This document shows, one piece after another, positions 25,719 to 39,500 of a stretch of DNA of 64,000 bases (position 1 is its first letter; the number at the start of each line of letters is the position of its first letter). The position numbers and the translations under genes were made by a program. The notes below the pieces were generated by a model. That model searched no databases. It had not been told where the DNA came from and saw only the letters and a program-made list of their open reading frames with translations. Source of the stretch: Octopus sinensis (Eukaryota); contig NC_043009.1 of NCBI RefSeq assembly GCF_006345805.1, positions 65,100,001 through 65,164,000 of the forward strand. Reading direction: 5' to 3'.

Positions 25719-25863
25719 CCGGAGTAAACACATAAATGTGAAACAAGGTGGAAAAAAGAGTACTCGAATACCAGTGGTAGAGTAATATGCTTTATTTAAA
25801 GCAGCAGAAAATTCAACAAAACCTGTTACTCTGAGTTTCCCGTTGCCGTTCGTCGGACAGTTA
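25719..25863 (-). mobile_element. PLE pseudo-LTR end fragment (second family)
   Basis: Begins with an HHR motif, followed by AATAAA and a T-rich 3' end abutting (TA)n. Confidence 0.55.
25823..25860 (-). ncRNA. Hammerhead-like motif (C3:G8, U4->C)
   Basis: CUGU-CCGACGA-a-CG(GCAA)CG-g-GAAA-CUC(A)GAG-UA-ACAG; GUA triplet. Confidence 0.5.
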
Positions 25864-26356
25864 TATAAAAGAAGTTTGAAAACGCCACTATATAAGATAA
25901 ATTTTAATTTTCTTAGAGATTTTACAGGTTTCGGTTCTTCTTGAAAAAGCGAACCTTATCAAATATATTTTAAAAAATTAACTGTAATAAAAAAAAATTC
26001 ATAATTGTTTCTTACTAATCTCAACAGAGTCCACGTGGTGGTGTTTTGTATAGGGGAGCATACCGGCTGTCATGTGCGTTGACTAGATTCGTTGGTTGTA
26101 ATCGTGAAAATGGTCAACGTGAAACTAGTCAACGCACAAGACAACCACAAGACAGCCATTATGCTCCCTTCCACAAAACACCACTACGTGGACTCTGTTG
26201 AGTCTAGTAAGAAACAATTATGCACCTTTTTCTTACACTTAACTTTTAAAAATATTTTTGATAAGGTTCGTTTTTTCAAGAAGAACCGAAACGTAAAATC
26301 TCTAAGAAAATTAAAATTTATCTTATATAGTGGAGTTTTCAACTTCTTTATATATA
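25862..26356. mobile_element. Head-to-head inverted PLE pseudo-LTR pair (arms ~230 bp, 20-bp spacer)
   Basis: 25862-26094 is the inverse of 26115-26356; each arm carries an HHR. Confidence 0.75.
26254..26299 (+). ncRNA. Type-I hammerhead ribozyme, U3:A8 variant (sister copy at 25919-25966, minus strand)
   Basis: AUUU-UUGAUAA-GGUUC(13 nt)GAACC-GAAA-CG-UA-AAAU; palindromic stem III ACGU; GUA triplet. Confidence 0.65.
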
Positions 26357-26493
26357 CCCACTCGTATGCCACACTTTATATATAATATATATATATATTA
26401 TATATATATATATATACATATATATTTATTTATAATATGTTCATATATAGGCATATGTATATTATACAAATATTCTTGCAGGTTTATCTATCT

Positions 26494-26558
<65 letters not shown>

Positions 26559-26576
26559 ATATCTATCTATCTGTCT

Positions 26577-26620
<44 letters not shown>

Positions 26621-26688
26621 GTACTTTTTATTTATTTGGTTTCTAACAATCAGTCATCCCAATATCATACACACATATATATATATAT

Positions 26689-26719
<31 letters not shown>

Positions 26720-26720
26720 G

Positions 26721-26752
<32 letters not shown>

Positions 26753-27454
26753 TATATAATATATATATATATATATGGGTATGTGTATACACATATGTAT
26801 GCACACAAACACACACATATATATATATATATAAATATAAACATGCACAAACGTATACAAAAGCTCTCTCTCTCTTTGATTCTCTTTAATACACACACAG
26901 ACACCCACACATACACACATGTACGTGTTTATGCATATATATATATACGAATATTACACACACACACACACACACATGTATATACGAACCTAGCTAGGCA
27001 TGTATATTGTTTCACAATGATATCTGCAAACACAATTCGTTAATATTTATGCTGTTCTAATGATTGCCCCCATTGACAATCAACTTCCGTGTAACTATGA
27101 TTAATGATGGTGGCAAAATTTTGAGTTGAAGTAGCCACCTACCTACGTGTGTATGTATGTATGTATGTATGTATGTATTTTTGTATATACATACATTCAT
27201 TTATATATATATATGTATATATTTGTATACAAGCACACACATATTTACATATATATACACATAGCTATACATATATTTATACATGTTTATATATATATAT
27301 ATATATATATACATATATTCTTTTATATATAAGTATATATATGTATATACACACTCACATGTTTACACACAAACACACACACACATATATATATATATAT
27401 ACATAGGTATAGATGCAAGTTTATATATATATATATATTACACATATATAAATT

Positions 27455-27487
<33 letters not shown>

Positions 27488-27558
27488 GTATGTATATACG
27501 CACACACATATTTACATAAATATATACATAGTTATACATATATTTATACATGTGTGTG

Positions 27559-27608
<50 letters not shown>

Positions 27609-27780
27609 TAGAAATATATGCATATGCTTTGTTACAAACACAAATTTATATACACCAACAGATACACATACTTTCTGATGTAAATATGTAAATAAGTATG
27701 CGCATGTGTACACACATACACGCACACACAAATACACACACACACACACACGCACACACACACACACGCACACGCACAAA
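26357..27780. repeat. Compound (TA)n/(TATC)n/(CA)n microsatellite field
   Basis: Directly visible. Confidence 0.9.
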
Positions 27781-28590
27781 TATCGGATGTAACTTTAATT
27801 CACAGCATCTAATATTTAAAACGTAATTTTACCGTTGAAAATTTTCCAGATAGTTTATTTTGCTTAATATTTAAAACATTGAAAGTGTGTGAGTACCAAA
27901 CACCAATTTATCTCAATCAGCCCTTCACGTGTACTCCTTTTCTTTTCCATCTGAGTTTATATTCCAAAATGTTCTGTGTGAAGCTGACTTTATCGTAGTT
28001 TCTGGGAACTTGACGGTTTCTTACTATTTAACCCTAGGTCAACCATAATTGAGAAACCATTCAATTAAAGGCAATCCACATTTGACGCGACAGATTGAAT
28101 ACCTTTGCAGTGCGTTTAATCCTGTGAGTTCCATTCATATTTAAGACTCAGGGCTTAATTTCAGAGAAACCTGACTGTTGTTTCTACCAGGTGAAGGGTT
28201 CGCATAATTATACTACACTTGGATCATCCTCGCTGAATTTGTTAGAAAATTCATTAGCGGAAATTATAATGGGCCTCAAAATTTATAGATACATAAATAA
28301 GGGGAAGCGACCTTTTTAGGGTCTTTGTTATTTCCAGGGCATTGATTTGGGGCTATTGCAAGAATTTGCATTAAAAAAAAGGCCCGTAAAAGTTGTCTCC
28401 ATTTATTTGTGTATTGTATTTTGAAGTCTCGTATACTTTTGCGTAATTTCACATTGTCCTGTCCACAATGACCAACATTTTTATGTGGATCACTTGAAAA
28501 ACTGTGGAATGTCGACCCACAAGTAAATTACATTTATCCACCAAATAAGGAGTTGAGAAATCATTCTCACTGTTCAACATTATTATGTAA

Positions 28591-28984
28591 CTAGCAGCAT
28601 CACCCGGCGTTGCTCGGGTTTGTAAGGGAAATAACTATATAAGCATTTTTAGAGAGTTATAGCCAAAAAATAGCAAAGAAATGCATTAAAAATGGAAAAA
28701 AAATGATGGTAAATTTTTTTAAAAATCGTTGACTCATCGTAGACATTTTTAGAGAGTTACTTCCTATATAATAGCCGAAAAAATGCTATTAAAATGGAAA
28801 AAATGATGGTAAATTTTTTTAAATCGTAGACTCATCGTAGACGCGCGCTAATACCAGAAGGGCTCGATATGAGTCACGACTATAAGATACCCGGTTTTGG
28901 TTAAACTGCACCGCAAAATGTGGGAGTAGTTAGGAATCTAAATCGTAGGAGACAGACACACAGCTTGACTTTTATATATAAAGA
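28591..28984 (-). mobile_element. Non-autonomous Helitron with a ~105-bp internal tandem duplication
   Basis: A|TC...hairpin-CTAG|T termini; same family as 3315-3708. The ATTTTTAGAGAGTTA...CTCATCGTAGAC block occurs twice. Confidence 0.85.
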
Positions 28985-29003
28985 TATTAGGTGTGTGTAT
29001 ATA

Positions 29004-29291
29004 TATCACGGCATCATGGTACTGACCAAGCTATTGCATGAAGATATACACCAATGAGCTTCGCATTGGTTTAGCGATCGAATAATGCTACCCCACTGGC
29101 TGGACGAGCAGGCCAGCACCCGTTATGATCGGAGGACTATTCTAGGGCAGGGCGGCCCCTTTACAGCTGAGTGGAGTAACGGGAAGCGAAGTGTTTTGCT
29201 GCTTAAGAACACAAAGCACTGCCTGTTCTGGGAATCGAACGTACGATCTAGCACCGCGAATGCAACACTCTAACCACTTGGCCACGCGCCT
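29004..29291 (-). mobile_element. tRNA-derived SINE family D
   Basis: Head GGCGCGTGGCCAAGTGGTTAG...GTTCGATTCCC; shares the GGCCTGCTCG..AGCCAGTGGGGT..GCTAAA.CAATGCGAA domain with 58215-58480. Confidence 0.8.
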
Positions 29292-29326
29292 GATCATGTA
29301 TGTGTATATATATATATATATTATAG

Positions 29327-29466
<140 letters not shown>

Positions 29467-30675
29467 TTTATATATACACACACGCACACACCCCTTTTGT
29501 ATAACTATTTTAATAGTCTCTGATGCTATTACATTTCCACCTGTTTATCTTAATTTATTGCGTTTTCCGTTAATGACTGATGTAAAGATAGAAAAGAACT
29601 TGTTGGAAAATGATTCAGCTGTGTATACACTTCGTAATTGAACATAAATATATCATCTCTCGATCACCAATTCTAGCCTTTTTTTCTGCCAGACTTCTTC
29701 TTTCACTGTAATTATATATATATATATATATAAAAGACACAAAGCAAAACAGAGACCAGCGATGTTTTTCAGCTTCCTCGAAAATGTCATCAACGGTATT
29801 CTGGAAAAAGTAGTTGCTGGGATCTGCTGTTGTTCTTGATGCTTCTGTTGTTGTCCACCATTTTCTACCCCCATGTCTTTGCTTTTCAAGTTCCTCTACA
29901 CAGAAAGCCATGAAGCTCTCCTGAGCCACCAATCAAATTGCTTTCCTTTCCCCCGTCATATAGGGTTACAGTTCTGAAATACCAGTGTTATTTTGGGGGA
30001 GTCATCAGGACAAGCAAGTCAGTACATATCTCTGCCGACGCTATTATTTTCTGTCATTTCCATGCTCACCGGATGTTGACGATGAGCTCAGCGTTAGCAT
30101 TCAACCCCACCACCACAACCAAAATGCCTTTGACTGATACCCTGACCCCAATGTTTGTTTTGTCTGTCCTCGTATCGTCCCCTCTTTTTCTCAACCTCAT
30201 GGTCAATAAAGAAATTGACTGTAGCTCATGTGTAGCGTCTGCCTATCTCTCTCTTTCCTTCTCTCTCAGTCTGTCTATCTGTCTATATAGGAATTCCGTG
30301 GTATTGTCCTGATATTTAATACCTCGCTTCGTTTTGGCACTTATAAATAAGGCACATACTCCTGAATTCAATGTACGATACTATAGACCAGGGCTTTTAT
30401 AGATGTAAGTAAGTTGTCTCTGATTTTTTCAAAAGAGAACCATTTTATAAATGATACTTTCCTTAATGTATCCCTCAAGCAAAAGAATATGTTCTGTCGG
30501 GAATGAATATATTGAAAAGCTCCCTTTGATTAGAATTGCTTGCGCATTTGTTGTTTTAAGTTTTATTACTGACATTATTAGAAATATCGTTATTGTATTT
30601 CATTGGCAAAAGTCTAAAAGTTTGTGCTTTTTGTCTTTATTTCAGCCTTTCTCATATAAAAAGCAAAGTCGACTA

Positions 30676-30708
<33 letters not shown>

Positions 30709-30717
30709 GAAGATGAT

Positions 30718-30770
<53 letters not shown>

Positions 30771-30807
30771 TAATAATAATATGATAATAATAATATATAA
30801 TAATATA

Positions 30808-30840
<33 letters not shown>

Positions 30841-30975
30841 TAATAATAATTATAATAATAATAATAATATTAATTAATAATAAATATAATAATAATAATA
30901 ATAATGATAATAATAATTATAATAATAATAATAATATATAATAATAATAATAATATGATAATAATAATAATAATA

Positions 30976-31014
<39 letters not shown>

Positions 31015-31140
31015 TAATAATAATTATAATAATAATAATAATATTAATAATAATAATAATATAATAATATAATAATAATAATAAATAATAATATAATAAT
31101 AATAATGATAATGATAATAATAAAATTAATAATAATAATA
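30676..31140. repeat. (ATT)n/(AAT)n microsatellite
   Basis: Directly visible. Confidence 0.95.
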
Positions 31141-31525
31141 AACTCCGTACTGAAGGAGTCCAAAGAATGGATCTGTATCGACGTAGCTATACCTGTAGAC
31201 CAGAATATTTTGAAAAACAGAGAACGAGAAAGTCGGGAATGACCAAGACCTAGAACTGAAAGGGAAAAGGATCGATAGAGCCTTAAACGTGAGTGTGGTA
31301 CCTGTTGTGATCGGTGCAGCGGGGACCATCTGAAGGAGAGATGGCAAATACTAAACTTCTTAGGAAGTATTCAGAAGGCAGCAATACTTGGAGAAGTTGA
31401 TGTGTTGAGGAATGTGTTGCGTCTCTAAGCTGCGGGATGGAGTCGAGACATAACATCGACGTGGATAAATCAGAAGTGAATAAATTAATAAATAAATAAA
31501 TAAATAAATTAATTAATTAATAAAT
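31141..31525 (+). pseudogene. 5'-truncated R4/Dong-type element (RLE domain)
   Basis: ICIDVAIPVDQNILK..EK..DLELE..VVPVVIGAAGTI..IQKAAILG..VLRNVL; the 5' junction lies in (AAT)n and the tail is (AATA)n. Confidence 0.8.
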
Positions 31526-32050
31526 AAAGTGAGGCTAGGATTGTTACCTGCAATCCAGGCTCTATGAGAAAAAAAACAAAAAAAAAAAACAAAGAAAAAA
31601 TTATAAGCAACACCATCTAAAACAGCATAAATAAAAATTTCCAAAATAAACAGAAGGGGAAATAATTAAGAGCAGATATAAGGGACGATAAGAAATTATC
31701 TGGCGCCGGTAGTTACCATAATTCTGGCATAATTAACAGCTTTAATTTGGAAAGTAATTAGAACAAAAATTTATGGTTTACTTTTGACGTTAATTTAGAA
31801 TATTTGTTGTTTCGTAATTCGTTTTCTGTTACCCTTCCTCTTTTTAAAACGTTTTGTTTTTGTTTTGTTTTGTTTTGTCCTCTCTCCTAAACATTTTGTC
31901 ACTTCCGAGAAATTACTTATTAGCGTTCTTACTTAAGTCTTTGACTTAAGTGGCATAAAAAACACTGATTCTTACAGTGTTATCTTTGAGAAAGAAAGGT
32001 GATTTTAGTTTTGGAAGCGAAACAGTGGAAGAGTGTGTGCACGAGAGAGG

Positions 32051-32092
<42 letters not shown>

Positions 32093-32359
32093 AAAGAGAA
32101 AGAAAGCCTAAACATAGTAGAATACCTACTTTTGATAGTTACACATAGACATACATACATACATACATATATATCTATATATATATATATATATATATAA
32201 TATGTTATATGTATATTCATACATATGTATTACATATATGCGTATATATGCATAAAAATACATTCATATACATCCTTACGTACATATATGTATGTATATA
32301 TATTTATGTATATATATATAATATACAAATATATGCATATATACATATATGTACATACC

Positions 32360-32397
<38 letters not shown>

Positions 32398-32518
32398 TAT
32401 ATATATATATATATACATGCATATATGGGTACAGGACATCAAAAAAACGTTGAACGCAATGAGAAGCGAAAAATAAAAACAAAAACAAGGAAACGAACTA
32501 TTTTGTTCTTCACAAAAC

Positions 32519-32573
<55 letters not shown>

Positions 32574-32658
32574 ACACACACACGCGCACACATCCAGATA
32601 TGCATGCATGTATATTTATATGTATGCAAATATATGCAGGCATATGTATGAGAGTATG

Positions 32659-33160
32659 TATTATATTAAATTAGAGATAAAACCACTATTAGGTGAATCA
32701 AACAATGAAAAACATAAGCCAATACATAAAATTAATTTATTTATATTATTTTAAATATATATCAAAAATTTAATAAAAGATAAAGAGTAAAACACTACGA
32801 TCGTTTCATGGCTGTACAATTCGTAATAATTGTTAAGTTTTATGTTTCTAGTTTGATAATAGAGTTTATTATAAGTAAAATTATTATATTATTTATATCT
32901 TAAAAATATTGTTTAAATATTTCTGATTATATTTTAGATATTTCAATTAACCTGAAGATTGACTGTAACCATAACTCGAATTATTACGAATTGTACAGCC
33001 ATGAAACGATCGTAGTGTTTTACTCTTTATCTTTTATTAAAGTTTTAATACTTTTGATATATATTTAAAATAATATAAATTAATTAATTTTATGTATTGG
33101 CTTATGTTTTTCATTGTTTGGTTTGCCTAATAGTGGTTTTATCTCTAATTTAATATAATA
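32659..33160. mobile_element. Head-to-head inverted PLE pseudo-LTR pair (arms ~175 bp)
   Basis: 32659-32831 is the inverse of 32979-33160; an HHR motif spans the spacer and right arm. Confidence 0.7.
32949..33018 (+). ncRNA. Hammerhead-like motif with long stem II (C3:G8)
   Basis: CUGAAGA(32952-58); stem II UGACUGUA/UACAGCCA; GAAA; palindrome ACGAUCGU; GUA triplet; stem I only ~2-3 bp. Confidence 0.5.
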
Positions 33161-33276
33161 TAATATAATATATTTATACTATAAAATTGGATTTAATCCT
33201 AAATCTGATTTTTCCCTGTAAATTTGGATTTATTCCCTAATATTTTATATTATTAATTAAATATATATATATACAG

Positions 33277-33885
33277 GTCAACCAAAAGAATGTCTCTGTC
33301 CAGAGAAAGAGAGACAGTTGCAAAAAGGGAAGAATACCAAGAAATGAACATACTGTGCACTACAAAAGCCAGAGCATCTCAAAGTGAGGAACATAGGTAT
33401 GTACAGCTGACAAGGGTTGGGATCCCGACTGAAGAACGAACAGCAATTACAACAGCTCAGAAAAGCAACTTCTATGAAGCAGCTTTCAATTATGATCCAG
33501 CAATTCATTATGCAGATGACGCTAGTGTTTCCACTGGTGCAATGACAACTGAGTCCATACATAGTAAGCAAGGAATTGACCTTGAGAGACATCTACAATG
33601 TGTTGCGGTGGGGGAAAGGTTAAACTCCCCTGCATTCCCCAACCTTCAGAGCCGTTGAAGAAACTGTTTTCATCAATTGGCCAAGATTCCAAGCACTTCC
33701 AAAACAAAATAAGACAATACAACGCTGCACTACAGATGACATCATTTGGAGCCACAAGACATTTAACTGAGACACGATTCATGCAAACTTTCAAGATCCA
33801 AGGTCAGGTTTATCATCAGATCGCCTCTCTACTACCTCTGTCAAATAAATCACCAAAATCGGCCTTTCATTCTTTATAATCTGTA
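33277..33885 (+). pseudogene. Helitron Rep/helicase N-terminal fragment
   Basis: AAFNYDPAIHY..GAM, CCGGGKVKLP..PSEPLKKL, IRQYNAALQMTSFGA and TFKIQGQVYHQIASLLP are hallmark Helitron motifs; frameshifted. Confidence 0.9.
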
Positions 33886-34118
33886 CCTGCTTTTTTGGTT
33901 ACGAAATAAGCTAGACAAGACGTGTTTTTGAATTATGTGTATTTACTTAATATACATATATGAGTTGAAAACTCTTTTTTTTAACATTTCATTTAACATC
34001 TATGTTCCATGCTGGCATGAGTTAGAGGGTTATTAATGTAGAAACTTGGTATTTCAGCTATTAGCAGTTGAAACCTGCGTAATCTAGACGGCGTTATTAA
34101 ATTTCATTATTCACTTTA

Positions 34119-34147
34119 ACCCGGTCAACGCTCGGTATTTCTGGTAG
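34119..34147 (+). mobile_element. Helitron-like 3' terminus (hairpin plus GTAG|T)
   Basis: CCCGGTCAACGCTCGG then TATTTCTGGTAG|T; same strand as, and downstream of, the Rep fragment. Confidence 0.5.
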
Positions 34148-34190
<43 letters not shown>

Positions 34191-34441
34191 CAGTATTAAG
34201 AGATGTGTAATAGACTTGCACAGACGTGTGTATCTTGCTTTACGTACGAATCTAAGTACATATTTATCTATGCTATGTACGTATATTTATGTATATATAT
34301 ATATATATACACGTGTGTACCTGCGTATATGAGTTCCTATACATATATATGTATATATTCGTCCATACGTGTGCGTATGTGCGTGTATCCAGTTGTATGT
34401 ATATGCCAATATACTTGGATGTGCGTATGTGAGCGTGTATG

Positions 34442-34506
<65 letters not shown>

Positions 34507-34970
34507 ATATGCGTCTAAGTACAAGCGCAAAAGAAAATGTTCGTCTAAGTATTATTTTCCTTTCAACTTCTACTTCCTTTTCTTTCTCTTAATAGTTACA
34601 ACAGCAAAGGATCATTACGCCATTTTTATAGAATGTATACTTTCCACGTTCATATTTGAATTTTCTGCCTTTCAATAATTTTTCTCTGATTTTAGTCATT
34701 CTCGAGTTTGATGGACATATAACGGTACGTATGCCGACTCAGGAAATCTCTAGTGAGACATTTTATTGATGTATTCTAAGAGGCCCAGAACGGGTCGAAA
34801 CATGTGTTGTACCCAATAAAGTCTATTACGCATTCCATTTCCTATTTTATTAATATTGTTACCCCAACCGCCTCCACGAAGTTCCTGCAATAAATCTACG
34901 GATAACAGGGAATCGAAACTGTGCTGGTTCTTTACTCATCATCTATTTATGCATTTTGAACAATTTCTTC

Positions 34971-35046
<76 letters not shown>

Positions 35047-35399
35047 TGCATATGTGTGTACGTATGTTGCTTTATGTGCAGGTATCTATAAAACTGAGTC
35101 TTCATTTAAATATAAGTAAGAATATGTTATATGCACGTATATACACACAAACACACAAAAACGGACATTTTTGGTGAGAAACTAAGAGACTACGCGTACA
35201 GGTTGTGAGAAAGAGGAGGAGGAGTCAGGAGGGGAGGAAAGGAGGAAATTGAGTGACAGAAAGAGGAAGAAACATGTGAATAATGTATGGGGCGAAAGAA
35301 AGATAAAAAAGAGGAACGAAAGTGAACAGAAGTAGAGAAGCAGTGACTGTGTTGAAAAATGGGTTGAAATATGGAAATAGAGATATTTATGAATATAGA

Positions 35400-35634
35400 T
35401 AGGAGAATAGATTTATAGATTAGTAGAGAGAGAGAGAGAGGGAGAGAGAGAGAGACAGAGAGAAAGAGCAAACCATTGAGAGTGAGTGAGTGTGTGAGAG
35501 AGGGGGAAAGAGAAATAATGATGAAAGATACTTAAATATAGAACGATAAATTGATTGATAGATAGACAGACGCAGAGACAGGCAGACATACATAGATAGA
35601 TAGGTAGATAGATAGATAGATGGATGGATGGATG

Positions 35635-35693
<59 letters not shown>

Positions 35694-35740
35694 GGATAGA
35701 TAGATTGATAGATAAAGTTAGATAGATAGATAACAAGAAA
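35400..35740. repeat. (GA)n/(GATA)n tract
   Basis: Directly visible. Confidence 0.9.
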
Positions 35741-35750
35741 GATACAGAAA

Positions 35751-35945
35751 TATTGGTTTCAAATTTCGGCACAAGGCCAGCATTTTTGGAGGGAGGAGCC
35801 AAGTCGATTAAATCGACCCCAATGCTCAACAAAGGTTAAAAGGCAAAGTCAGCCGCGATGGAATTTGAACTCAGAACGCAGAAATGGACGAAATATTCCT
35901 AAGCATCGTGCACACTGTGCTAACGATTCTGCCAGCTCGCCGCCA
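35751..35945 (-). mobile_element. SINE family A
   Basis: Minus strand reads ATGGCGGCGAGCTGGCAGAATCG...GAGTTCAAATTCC...; internal deletion. Confidence 0.85.
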
Positions 35946-36244
35946 TAGAGATAAATATTGCTAGAGAGAGAGAGAGAGAGGGGGAGAGAGAAAGAGAGAG
36001 AGAGAAGGGGGGTAGCTGGAGAGATGGTTGTATTTGGCTGAAGAATAGATAGATATACTGGGAAAGGAGAGAAAGGAGGAAAGAGTAGTGAAATATTGAG
36101 AGAAACAGAGTGAGGCTGCCATAAGGACAGATACTTCCGTGTATCTACCCACATACACACAAACATACTATACATTACATACATACGTACAGACTTATAT
36201 ACTTACGTTCATATATCTACACATGCACACACATACACACACAT

Positions 36245-36282
<38 letters not shown>

Positions 36283-36388
36283 CCCTGTACCATGTATACA
36301 TACATACATGCATACATAAACAAAAACACACACACACACACATATATATATATGTGTGTGTGTATACACACAGACGGACATGTATATA

Positions 36389-38026
36389 CAGGGTGTCCAT
36401 AAAGTTCCTTTACAATTTCAAAGATTTATTACAGTGGCTGTGTGGTAAGAAGCTTGTTTACCAGCCACATGGTTCCGGGTTCAGTCCCACTGCGTGGCAC
36501 CTTGGGCAAGTGTCTTCTACTATAGCCCCGGGCCGACCAAAGCCTTGTGAGTGGATTTGGTAGACGGAAACTGAAAGAAGCCCGTCGTGTATATGTATAT
36601 ATATATATATGCGTGTGTGTGTTTGTTTGTGTGTCTGTGTTTGTCCCCCTAGCATTGCTTGACAACCGAAGCTGGTGTGTTTATGTACCCGTTACTTAGG
36701 GGTTCGGCAAAAGAGACCGATAGAATAAGTACTGGGCTTACAAAAGAATAAGTCCCGGGGTCGAGTTGCTCGATTAAAGGTGGTGCTCCAGCATGGCCGC
36801 AGTCAAATGACTGAAACAAGTAAAAGAGAGTAAATAGATAAATCTGTGAAAATTATTACAAACTGAGGAAGAGATATTGAGGTTTATTTTACCTTATTTA
36901 AAACAACATCTCTAAATGGTCGCCATTAGTTGCAGGAAGCACTTCAAGGCGGGAATCAATTCTTGCCGGGTTCGCTGTAACAGAGACTTATCAATGGTGG
37001 CCATGGAATTCAGGGATGCTTTGCTTCAAGTCATTGATGTACTTTATCTTTGTTTGATACACAATATCTTTAACATAACCCAATAGAAAAATGTCCAAGG
37101 GAGTGATATCCGGGGAACGAGGTGGCCAGGGAATTGAGGCACCCCTTCCAATCTACCGGTCTAGAAATGTTTGATTTAGGAACCCATCATCTGCTGGAAA
37201 AATGATGGTTGGTGTAAGGTCATCCAGTTGTGGTGTCACATATTCAGTCAAAAGGTCAAGGTAAACATTGGCTGAAATCGATCTCTGTGTGAAGAAAAAC
37301 GGACATCATCCCACACCAGACATTCACCTTTGGACTTTCTCGGTGAAGTTCCCTAGTTATATGGAGATGTCCTGATCCCCAGATTGAAGAGTTTCCCTGA
37401 AACATGTAAGGTTGTCTCATCACTGAAAGAAACTCAGAAGAGGAGTGCTGAATCCTCAGAAATTCGTTCCAGCATGTTAATTCCAAACCCCTTTCGTCTT
37501 GGTTTATCATTTGGTTCGAATGCCTCTAAGAGTTGCTCGTTGTAAGGGGACTTTATGGTAACTGTAACATGTCTGACAGCAGAACGTATGGATTCTGTGG
37601 GAGAACTAGCAAAGGCTTGTCTTATTCGATCGATGTTTTCTTCTGATAATTTCGGTCATCCATTCCTACCTTTATCCAACAATGTTCCTGTTTCCAGAAA
37701 TTTCTTGTGCCATGCAGGAATTGACGGACGTGACGCTGGATGTATTCCATACTTAATCCTGTAATGTCTGTGGGGCAGCATGTCCGATTTTGTTTCAATA
37801 AATCATGATACCCATTGTACCTTTTCTTGAGGAGTAGCCATTTTGTTTTAGGATTTCATTTAACAGAACCGTTTCCATCATCAGGGTACTTGAAAAACAC
37901 AAATGCAATGTGGCTGAAAACTTTCATAACCACTGGGTACATAGAACAAATCTAACAAACATATCCCGTAAATTGTTTTTGTAATAAATTTTTGAAATTG
38001 TAAAGAGACTTTATGGACATGGCGTG
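36389..38026 (-). mobile_element. Tc1/mariner-superfamily transposon (rosa/DD41D-like), pseudogenised, interrupted by a SINE
   Basis: TA|CAGGGTGTCCATAAAG..TTTACAATTTCAAA..TTTATTACA TIR and its inverse at 37980-38026. Protein reads MATPQEK..WFIETKS..WHKKFLETG, SFSDET, FQQ and IGRG..WPPRSPDITPLD..GYVKDIVY. D-D spacing is not countable because of a deletion. Confidence 0.88.
36433..36833 (+). mobile_element. SINE family B, full length, inserted into the transposon TIR
   Basis: tRNA-like head TGGTAAG..GGGTTCAGTCCC, GCACCTTGGGCAAGTGTCTTCT, short internal (TA)/(TG), and tail GTAAAAGAGAGTAAA. Possible TTATTACA duplication. Confidence 0.92.
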
Positions 38027-38159
38027 TATCATGAGAGAGGAGAGAAAGGGAAAAGAGAAAAAAAAGAGGAAAGGAAAGAAAGAAATGTAGATGGATAGAT
38101 ATAAAGAGACAAGAGACAGAGAGAGAGAGAGAGAGAATGTTAAGATATAGTTTCGTACT

Positions 38160-39500
<1,341 letters not shown>

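Noticed and set aside
29780-30100. Hero-like RLE remnant on the minus strand (FLCRG, EEAEK)
   Set aside because: Only scattered 3-5-residue matches in different frames.
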